Below the pieces are notes generated by a model, which worked only from the letters and a program-made list of their open reading frames with translations, ran no database searches and was not told the origin of the DNA. Position numbers and translations under genes: made by a program. Shown here one piece after another: positions 40,901-52,900 of a stretch of DNA of 64,000 nucleotides; positions within the stretch are counted from its first letter, which is position 1, and each line of letters begins with the position of its first letter. This DNA comes from Thalia democratica (lineage: Eukaryota): positions 37,262,001 to 37,326,000 of the forward strand of contig OZ241834.1 in assembly GCA_965202585.1 (NCBI GenBank). Reading direction: 5' to 3'.

Positions 40901-43900
40901 TCATTTGGTTGGCGATTTATATAATTGATCATCTTATCATTAACAAAATATTAATTGTTTTTTTGATATGTAATGATATAATAAAAGTAATAAAAATGCA
41001 CAACTTTTAATCACCAGTTCTTTACATTTGATAAAGAAAATTTGAACTTACTTTTACTCACAGCAAAGTTCAGTTAGTAAAATTAAAATGTTTAACACGT
41101 TCGTTCAAATGATTAATCTATTTTAAGTATGACTTATGTCACGAGGTGTTAAGTAAAGTATGAAAAAAAAGTTGCACATTATTGATTAACTTTGCTACTT
41201 TTAAAATCTTTAATTAACTCTTTTATTTTGAGCTTAAGAAGATTTTAAAATAGAGTTTTATGGATATTATTTTTTATTTTAAAGAGTAGTAAAAATACAG
41301 CTAAGACGTTGTTTAAGTTAAGAATCTAAATTTAAATTTAGCAATTTTTTTTAACTAATAATTATATTTATCTTTTATGAATTTTTTAAACTTTGACCTC
41401 TATTTAACTGTAGGTAATGTACAAACAATTTATTTATTCTTATTGTTTTCTGAACTTTTATAATAAATAGTGTCTGTTTTTATTTTTAACAACTGTATAA
41501 TTTTATAAGGTAATTGAGTTTATTTTGAAAGCATAAACAGTTTTTTTTAAAAATGGTTCATTTTCTGTAAGACTAATTAAACTAATTTTAAGTTTTTATT
41601 TTAGGGTTTTTCATAATTTTAAAAATACTAATGAAAAAACATCTATCTAGTACATACTTTTTAAGTTACAAAAATAATGTAATTCACAAATTATTAAGGT
41701 AGAAAGTGATTGAGTATAAGAAATAAAAATATTCCAACATCAAAAATAAGTTAATTATAATTAATTTCTTTTAGCCACAGTTTAAAACGCAAACAGCTTA
41801 AAGTTAAAAAATATGTACTGAAAAGTTTTAAGACCCTTTAAAGTACTTTGAAGCTAAAATGATTTTTTTTTTGTTAAAATGTAATAAAACATTTTAATCA
41901 AGAAATATAATTTTACGTATTAAAGTTTTCAACAAATAGTGTGCATATTGTTTGAATTGTTTATAATTTAAACTTAATCAACTTAAAATCTAAAAGAAAT
42001 TGGATGTTTGCCTTTTAGTAAAATGTTTATGAAAATCAGTTCAAAAATATTTATTTTATTTGATTGAAAAATAACAATTTAAAATAATAAGAAGTTCAGA
42101 CTTTTAATAGAGCCATCGTATGAGTTTGAAAATTAATATATGATGTTGTCTAGACTTGTCTAGTATTATAAAATAAAAAATACTAGTTATATCACAATAT
42201 TATTTCTTCAAACAAGTTATAACTGTGTTTTTATTTTAACTTGTTGAACAATGTTTAAAATAGTATTAAATAGATGTTATTTTTGTCTTATGACAGATAA
42301 CAGTTGTTATAATTTCATAGACTTTTTTTAAGATCATCCATATGATTAATAATATTATCAAAAGCAATAAAAAAGTCTATAAAGTTAAACAATTTAATAA
42401 ATACAATGTTATTTAACAAGTTTTATGCATATTTTCAGGCATTTGAACATCTTAAAAAAGCTTCATTATTACAAAATGAGTCGCAAAATACATTTTAAAA
42501 AAGGCAATAGAACATTTAGAAAAAGTTAAAAAATAAGAAATAAACTTATTTCTATTTTTAGGCAATAGAACATCTTGAAAAAGCTTCCTCCCTTCAAAAT
42601 GAGTGGCAACAGTTTTCACATTTTTGCTACTGGGAACTTATGTGCTGCCACATTTACAAATTACAATACAAAAAAGCTGCGGAATACGCTGAATTACTAG
42701 TGTGAGTTTTTTATCTTAAATAATAAAAATAATTACAAATTGTTAGTGTGAGTTTATAATATTTAATAATAATATATTTTCAAATTACAATACAAAAAAG
42801 CTGCGGAATATGCTGAATTACTAGTGTGAGTTTTTAATATTAAATAATAAAAATAATTACAAATTGTTAGTGTGAGTTTGTAATATTAAATAATGAAATA
42901 TTTACAAATTACAATACAAAAAAGCAGCTGAATATGCTGAATTACTAGTGTCAGTTTTTTATCTTAAATAATAAAAATAATTACAAATTGTTAGTGTGAG
43001 TTTATAATATTTAATAATAATATATTTTCAAATTACAATACAAAAAAGCTGCGGAATATGCTGAATTACTAGTGTGAGTTTTTAATATTAAATAATAAAA
43101 ATAATTACAAATTGTTAGTGTGAGTTTGTAATATTAAATAATGAAATATTTACAAATTACAATACAAAAAAGCAGCTGAATATGCTGAATTACTAGTGTC
43201 AGTTTTTTATCTTAAATAATAAAAATAATTACAAATTGTTAGTGTGAGTTTATAATATTTAATAATAATATATTTTCAAATTACAATACAAAAAAGCTGC
43301 GGAATACGCAGAATTACTAGTGTGAGTTTTTTATCTGAAGTAATAAAAATTACAAATTGTTAGTGTGAGTTTATAATATTTAATAATAAAATATTTACAA
43401 ATTACAATAAAAAAAAGCAGCTGAATATGCTGAATTACTAGTGTGAGTTTTAATATTAAATAATGAAAGTTACAAATTGTCAGTGTGAGTTTATAATATT
43501 TAATAATAAAACATTTACAAATTACAATACAAAAAAGCAGCTGAATATGCAGAATTACTAGTGTGAGTTTTTTATCTTGAATAATAAAAATTACAAATTG
43601 TTAGTGTGAGTTTATAATATTTAATAATAAAATATTTTCAAATTACAATACAAAAAAGCTGCGGAATACGCTGAATTACTAGTGTGAGTTTTTTATCTTG
43701 AATAATAAAAATTACAAATTGTCAGTGTGAGTTTATAATATTTAATAATAAAATATTTACAAATTACAATACAAAAAAGCTGCGGAATACGCTGAATTAC
43801 TAGTGTGAGTTTTAATATTAAATAATGAAAATTACAAATTGTTAGTGTGAGTTTATAATATTTAATAATAAAACATTTACAAATTACAATACAAAAAAGC

Positions 43901-46900
43901 TGCGGAATACGCTGAATTACTAGTGTGAGTTTTAATATTAAATAATGAAAATTACAAATTGTCAGTGTGAGTTTATAATATTTAATAATAAAACATTTAC
44001 AAATTACAATATAAAAAAGCAGCTGAATATGCAGAATTACTAGTGTGAGTTTTAATATTAAATAATAAAAATTACAAATTGTTAGTGTGAGTTTTTAATA
44101 TTTAATAATAAAATATTTACAAATTACAATACAAAAAAGCTGCGGAATACGCTGAATTACTAGTGTGAGTTTTAATATTAAATAATGAAAATTACAAATT
44201 GTCAGTGTGAGTTTATAATATTTAATAATAAAATATTTACAAATTACAATACAAAAAAGCTGCGGAATACGCTGAATTACTAGTGTGAGTTTTAATATTA
44301 AATAATGAAAATTACAAATTGTCAGTGTGAGTTTATAATATTTAATAATAAAATATTTACAAATTACAATACAAAAAAGCTGCGGAATACGCTGAATTAC
44401 TAGTGTGAGTTTTAATATTAAATAATGAAAATTACAAATTGTCAGTGTGAGTTTATAATATTTAATAATAAAACATTTACAAATTACAATACAAAAAAGC
44501 AGCTGAATATGCAGAATTACTAGTGTGAGTTTTTTATCTTGAATAATAAAAATTACAAATTGTTAGTGTGAGTTTATAATATTTAATAATAAAATATTTT
44601 CAAATTACAATATAAAAAAGCAGCTGAATATGCAGAATTACAAGTGTGAGTTTTTTATCTTAAATACGAAAAAAAAATGTTGTTAGTTTTTTATTAAATA
44701 ACAAAATATTTACAAATTACAATACAAAAAAGCAGCTGAATATGCAGAATTACTAGTGTGAGTTTTTTATCTTGAATAATAAAAATTACAAATTGTTAGT
44801 GTGAGTTTATAATATTTAATAATAAAATATTTTCAAATTACAATATAAAAAAGCAGCTGAATATGCAGAATTACAAGTGTGAGTTTTTTATCTTTAATAC
44901 GAAAAAAAAATGTTGTTAGTTTTTTATTAAATAACAAAATATTTACAAGTTACAATACAAAAAAGCAGCAGAGTGTGCTGAATTATTAGTTTGAGATATT
45001 GTATTAAGTAATAAAAAAATAATTATTAGGTTTTATCAAATAACAAGGTATATACATATTACAATATAATAGGCTTCAGAATATGCTAAATTATTAATGT
45101 GATTTTTTAATATTAATTGGTAAAATGTTTACAAATTATTATAATAAGTTTTAAATTAAATAATAAAGTATGGAGCAAATACTTCTACACATAACTTCAA
45201 TAAATAATAGTTAACAGAGTAAGTTTAACAGTAAAAAATGTTAATACATTTATCTTCAATAAATAATAAAAAATTAAATAGATAGTAGTTAATAAAATAA
45301 ATAATAACAGTGAACAATCTAGTTAGAGTAAATGTCTATATACTTATATTAAATAAAAATTAAATGATAAAATAATATATAACAAAATGTATAATAACAG
45401 AGAACAATCTAATTGGAGTAAATGTCTATATACTTATCTTAAATAAATAAAAATTAATGTAATAAATAACAAAATGTATAATAACAGAGAACAATCTAAT
45501 TGGAGTAAATGTCTTTACACTTATCTTCATGCTTGCTTCTTATACGAAAATGACAGAACAGATCCTAGAGTCATGGAGCTAATGTTGTAAGTTTTATTTT
45601 ATATTACTAAAAACTGATTAAAATATAGTTTAAACCAACAAATTTTATGAAGTTTTAGCAAGTTTGCTAGAAAATATGATGTAACTGAATTAGGTAACTT
45701 TGTTAAGTAACAGTAACAGCTTAATTATTTTGATAAAACAAGCTGTTAGAAATAAGTTTAAAATTATGTTAATGTGTTACTTAGTTTTATCGAATATAAA
45801 TAAAACACTATTATTTCTATAAAAAGCACTTAACTATCTTTTCTTTGTTTTTAAAAATAAAATGTTTAATGGTTTATTTTGTGTAAATTATTTTTTAAAA
45901 TTAATCTTAATTTAATACAAAAAACTAACTAAATAAACAGTTAGTACAAAAACTTCAATTATTATTAGATTAATTTAATTGTATGACATTTTAACCAATT
46001 CACACAGTTTTTAATACAAAATTTTTAGTTTTTTTTATGTGTTATACCCTTTATGTAAATAAAATAGTTTTTGTTTATAACATACTTAAATACTAATACT
46101 TATATAAAAATGAAGGTATCTTTACATTAAAAAATTATTTTACATAAAAAAAACTTAAAACTATTTGCTCAATAATTAAAACTAAACAATTATCATTAAG
46201 ATCGGTTCAAGACAAATAGAAGAAATTGTCAGTTTGTTTTTTTTAAATTTTTAACTTAGTATAGAAAATATATACTTTTAGTACAAAATAAATCAATAGA
46301 TAATTTTAAATCAATAATTAACGTTATAACTTCAAATATTTTCAGATCGGTTCAAGGTAAAAAGAAGAAAGTATCTGGAAAATCACTTCCGATTGAGAAG
46401 TTTGTCTGCAGAAAAGCGAGGAAGTTTATCGAGCAAGGCGGGAGATTGGTTGCCCCAACTATGGTTCGTTTAATTAAATATGTAAAATATAATGATAAAA
46501 TAAAAAAATATTATACTAATAATGAAGTTTATCGAGCAAGGCGGGAGATTAGTTGCCCCAACTATGGTTCGTTTAATTAAATATATAAAGTATAATGATA
46601 AAATAAAAAAATGTTATACTAATAATGAAGTTTATCGAGCAAGGCGGGAGATTAGTTGCCCCAACTATGGTTCGTTTAAACTAAACATGTATAATATAAT
46701 AGTATAATATTATAAGTGTATTAATAATAATAAAGTTTATAGAGCAAAGCGATAACTTGTTGCTCCATGGTTTGTTGTTTTTTATTCAATTTAATGTAAA
46801 GTCTTTAACATGATTAGTCATACAATTCATTGTTGTTTGTAGACTTTTCTATAAACAAACTTGTACAAAAGTTCATAAAGTCAAGTAATATGTATAAATT

Positions 46901-49900
46901 TGTTTAGTTTAAGTCAAGAATATATAGTTAATAGTTATACAAGTTTATATTTTTGAATAAACTAATAAAGAAGAAAAAAAAGTTTAAAACTTGATTTTGT
47001 TCATTTCCTTTGTAAATTTACAGTAATCAAACTAAAAGTATCTAATTATACTTACAATAATCAACGTTTATGTTTTTTTAAAAAGTTGTGGTATTAAAAA
47101 AAAATGATTAATTTTTCTGAAGTAAGTGGCTGTTATTAATTACATGTTTAGTCTATTTCCGTAAACTAAAAACATTTTTATAAAATTTCTATTGAAATGT
47201 TAAAATAAGAATAGTTAATTATGGCCCATTAAAAGTAGTTAAAGACTTACGTCTGGCAATAAATCTGTAGTAAATGTCATGAGAATCAAAATTATTTTAT
47301 AAAGCTTATAAATTTTCTACTAACATTAGAGTTAACATCTATATTTAAGTTACTAAAAGGTAAATTGAAATTTTATTGGGTAAAAATTAAAGGGTAAGAA
47401 ATAAGTTTCAAATTAAATAAAAGCTTATTAACGTCACGAATTGAATACATTAATTTTTCATAAAGTCAGATGACTACTGTAAAACACATTAAACGTTTTA
47501 TACTTTAAAATATAAGTTCAAATATATAATTTCAAAAGGGCAGTGTAAAAAAAAATATTTTTTCTCACCTACCAAAAGATGTTTCGCGAAATTTGAACTT
47601 GAATGTGATAAATAAACAGGCAAAAGTAGACAAAATGAATTATTAAAAGTTGTTTATGCTTGCATAATATATAAGTCTTGTAAATTACAAGTAGATTATG
47701 TAAGTTACAAGATACGCATATTGTTCGTTTGCTAGCTATTGCATCTATGGTTTCCCACGAATATCTGTTATGTTTATGTACGCAGTTTTAACTGTTCGAC
47801 ATAATTGGAATTAAATTTGTATTTTCATAAATTTAATTTTGAAATAAAGTTAAATTTTTCCAATTTTTTTATCTATTTTATGAACTTTAAGTATTCTTTA
47901 ACATTGAGTTGTTTATAAAACTTCATAAAATTAAAATTTTCAAATATATATAATTTGAAATTTAAGTTGTATTTTAATTTTTTGTTTTTATTTTTTATTT
48001 TTTAGTTTGTTTTTTATGGATTTTCTTTTGTGAATTAAGTATTTAATTGGTGCTGTGTTTTTATTACTTTGTTTCTTTACTGTATATTTTTATAACAATT
48101 AAATGCTAATTAAACTTACTTTATTGTTTATATATATTGTTACTATTGCAACTTTTTTTAAAATTATTGTGAACGGTTTTTGCATAACTTTAATTATTAA
48201 ATTAGTACACAGTGAATTTAAAGGTTTAATTATATATACAACTTTAATAACAGAAAAACAGTTTTATAATGTGCATTTGAAATTTAAGCTTTAAGTATTA
48301 ACCTTATGGTTGTTTTAACTTAATAAGTTTATTAACTTTTGACCTAAATTTTCTTATCTTCTTTACTTTGTATATCACTTAAAAAGCATTGCTCCTTTTA
48401 AGGAATGACTTACCTAATATAGCTAAATTGAAATTTGATTTTCTTCTTAGAATAATTAAAGATAACTTGAAAAAAATCTTCTGAGTTTAAAAGTACGTTT
48501 TAAGTTCTTCTACATACTTCGACATAAAAAAAACATTATAAAAAAATATAAATGAAATCAAACAAAAAAAAGTTGAGATAAACCATATTTAAGTCTTAGT
48601 TATTTTGAAAATTTTTTTTTTATTATTGATAGTTTTAAAAAATACTTTGTCTCTAATTTACTCAAAAATTAAAAGTATATACCTACTTTTTTGTACAAAA
48701 AGTTGATAAAAGATATCACTTTCTGTATGTTAATTAAAACTTAAAAAAAATCTTTTTTCTTTTGGTAAAATATTAGCCACAAGTCTGCAGACTTAACAAG
48801 TCTTAAGTTTTGGGCAGAGATATCAAAACAAACAAATGCATGTTTATTTTATGCTACTTATAACAACAATGTCGCTACAAAGTTTAATAACCTTTGTGAT
48901 CAACTGTTGATCTTTGACTTTTGTAATAAAGATTAACACTTGATATTTAATCTTTGTTATTATAAAGGTTTAATCTAAAGTTCAACAATTTTGTCAGTAT
49001 TTCTTTAAAGCTGGCTATTTTCTTTTAATTGTACTTTGTTGTTTAAAGTAGTACACGTTAACTTTTAATTAACATTCGATCTTTGAACTTTAGTAGTAAA
49101 AATAACGACTTATTTTTTTCTGTATTATTACTTAGCGTTTCAAAATTTAATTTTTAATACTTTTTAAGTATGATGGATATTTTGAAACATGTTTCTGAAA
49201 CCAACCTTATTAAATACTAATTTAGAAGTTTAAGTTTTTTAATCCAAAATATAAAGAAAACTTATGTTATTGATATAATGTATCTGTAAAAATTTGACCT
49301 ATTGCTTAAAAATTAAAATTTTATTCTTTTTAGTTAGTAAACGAAGTTAATCAAATTTTAGCAAATGTAAGCTATGTAAACTTATTGTTTCAAAATAATT
49401 AAAAAAATTAAGCTTTTTATTAATATTATCTTCATAAGAAGTGCGAGTTTTTACACAATGCTTTAAATTGATTTCATACTTATTTAGTTGTGCTTTATTT
49501 GATTTAGTTTTGAAGAGCAGAATTTATAACTTTTTATAAAAGTCTGCTTAATGTTTAAGTTTTTCCTTTTGTGCATATCTTGAAATTAAGAAAAATATTT
49601 TCCAACTAAACTTTTATTGTGTTCTTAAAAATAATATTTTTTTTCAGTCATTTAAAAAGTACTTAAACATTTTTTTTCAATAAAGCTGAAATTTTTATTA
49701 AATTAAAAAAAACTAATATAATACTACTCCAAGTTATAAGATATATAAATCAAAGTTAAAACAAAAAGATTGAAAACGCTGTTTTATTTTTCATAGAAAC
49801 TTAAAGTATTAAGAAACACTGTTTGTTTAAAATCATGTAATTGCTGTCTGATGATTAATTGTTATAAAGTTAAAAATAGTTTGATTACTACAAAATAAGT

Positions 49901-52900
49901 GTGTGAGTAATTAAATTGAGTTTAATAAGTATTTATCAAATTAAATTTAATTCTACAAAAATTAAAAGAAAACTTAGATGGGTGAAAACCTTAAAAAAAA
50001 ATTAAAGAGTTTGATAAAAAGCAATGAAAAGTTGTCTTTTTTAGTTTGGAGTCAAAATATATTTTCAAATAAATTGAAAAATTCCTACAAATTCAATAGA
50101 ATAAATTATTATTGCCGGGAATTTCTATAGCTTGAAGTATTTTAAAACATTGTATAAATTTACTTTTTAAAACAAGTATTTATAACCTTTTAAATCAGGT
50201 ATCAATCCTGAGAAATGACTAAAATTTTTAAAATAGCATTTTTACATATTTTTTTAGGAATTCATAGCTGTATGGAGCCAGGTATCAATGTTGAAGAATA
50301 ATCAAAATGTTTAAAAAAATGTTAACTTTTTTTTTATAGCAGTGTGCAATCAAGTATCAATGCTGGAAAATAACCTTAATTATAAAAAGATATATATTTA
50401 TTTGTTATTTTTTTCAAGAATTCATAGCTGTATGGAACCAAGTCTCAATGCTGAAAGTTAATTAAAATAAGATTTTCATAATTTTTTTTTTAGGAATTCA
50501 TAGCTGTATGGAATCAAGTCTCAATGCTGAAAAATAACCCTGAATTGAGATTCCAACACTTGACAAAAATTTGCAACGAACTAGATGAGTTAAATGGAAT
50601 AAAAAAAGAACAAAACAAGCATTTGGACAACAGTAAGTTTCAAAATAATAATGTAGATTTTTTTTTTATTTCGAACCAAATAAGCATTTGGACAATAGCA
50701 AGTTTAAAAATATAATTTTCCAAGTGCACAAATACTGTTTTTAGTTTGTAAAAAGGATAAAATTAAGTTCCAATATTACTATAGTTTTAAAGTTGTAAAA
50801 AAAATTATGATAAATCTATAAACAGAATTACTGTTTTCTGTTGTTTTAATTAAAAAACTAGCATATTGTCTTATAGTCATATTTTTACTATGAGTTTCCA
50901 GTCTACTAAATGACAAAACTATAATTTGTTACAAATATACAATTTTCCCACATAGTCTTGGCAAGGCATGAGATTTAAAGGTTTTTTTATTATTTTTAAT
51001 TTATATTAATTTTTACAGACAGATTTACAGAAAAACGTATTTAATTATTTTTAATTTATATTTTTTTACAGATTTAGCAAGACACGACACAGGAAAATGT
51101 TTTTACTACTACGACGATTTCTGTTTATTGGAAAAATTAAAAGGAAATTTAATGGAGGCCGGAGAAAAATATTCGGTCGCTGAAATTTGCTATAATGGTG
51201 TTAAAGAAAAGTTTGTTAATTTATTTTATTACTAATTATAAATATATTCAGTTGCTGAAATTTGTTATAATGGAGTTAAAGAAAAGTTTGAAATTTTTTT
51301 TCAATTAGCTATACATTAACTATTATTAAAAATGAAAAAAAAGTTTAAATTTGTTAGAATGATGTAAATAAAGAATTTATCATTTCTTTTTTTTTAAAGG
51401 TATTGTTAATAATTATCATAAACAAATTTTACTGCTGAAAAGTATATTACAGTACAAACTGGTAAAATATTTAATAAATTTTTATTCAAACTAGGTGAAT
51501 ATTACTTATTGTTAAAAATATATAATACAAACAAATACCTAAATATATGTGATACTGGATCAAAAATCCATAAAAATAAAGTATAATGCTGCCAAATTTA
51601 AATTTATTTTGAATAAAATATACAGATACACTTATAAAATTAAGATTAAAATTAATACTAAGGTTTTATTCAAATTAATGGCTGTTTTATAAAGTTATAA
51701 TAAAAACTCTATTTAGATGAATTTAAATACTTCAGCTTGAAAAATATGAAATTACAACTTTATCAATAGATATATCTACTCTGTTAAAATAAAGTAAATA
51801 AATTTATGAATTAAAATAACGTGACCTTTTTAGTCGTAAAATTGTAAAACATACTGTACTAAATATTTGTTTTTGAACAAACTAATCTGTTTATTGTAGA
51901 ACAAAACATTTGACCTTTAAAAACAACTGATGTATTATTTAGTTTGTTTTTCCGCGTAAAACTTTTTATTGATTTAAAAATATAATTACCTTCCAAAACT
52001 TTAGCTGTCTGTTTTTAGACAAACTAAAAAGTTTGATTAATCAGAATTGATAAGCTTTAATTTGAAAGGGTATTGAAAAAAGAAACTAAAACACAGTTTA
52101 TTTTGTAAAGTTTTATATAAGTTATAAGCTAGGTAATTTTATAAAGTTCATTGCTAGAATAAAACAAAATAAAAAATAATGTAATTGTAATAAACGTATA
52201 TACTTTTTTTAAATGTTTGGGAATTGCTTAAAAAGCTGATAAAAATTATTTTATTATGATAGGTTTAATTTCAACATTCACTTATTATAAAGTTTTTGTT
52301 TTATAATCACTAATATTTGAACAATTTATAATAAAAGTAATATGAATCATTTTAATTTACAGACTTATTTAATTTAACCAGTCTTCAGTTTAGTAAAACA
52401 CAATTAGAATTTTGCTATAGTGTATTAAATGTTTTCAATTTTTTCATTTAAATGAATAAAGTTCAAACTGCAAAAAGCTTATAATTAAAAGAGCAAGTCA
52501 GTTTAATGCGTTTTTATTTAAATGAATAATTCAATCTGTTCAATCAATATTTTTGGCGCTGAATTTTTTAAAATCTTTTCTTCTACAATGAAAGGCAATT
52601 TGTTATTTTGAATGGCTTCTTTTATTCACATCAATGTAAAAAATATTTAAAGTGTTTTGATTAGTTAGTTTAAAATAAAAAACAGTATTTCAAATTAGTT
52701 TTAAAGAATATGGTTTTGAAATATAATAGTTATTAGAAAAAAAATGCTTACTTTGATTTTACTACTGAGTTTAGTTTAATTTGTTTTTAATTTTAAATTA
52801 AATTAGTACATATCATGCTTTGTACATATCACTCCTAATAAAGTCTTATCTAATAAAAAGTCTGATGCCTTCTAATATTTAAATATGATCTGATATTAAA

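Noticed and set aside
42702-45105. CRISPR-like interpretation of the repeat arrays
   Set aside because: Eukaryotic intron; no unique spacers and no cas genes; the units are exon-edge duplications
46522-46707. 61-aa ORF MKFIEQGG...
   Set aside because: Made of exon-12 echo copies plus intron
50524-50715. 63-aa ORF MLKNNPE...
   Set aside because: TTC39 exon 13 read through into the intron
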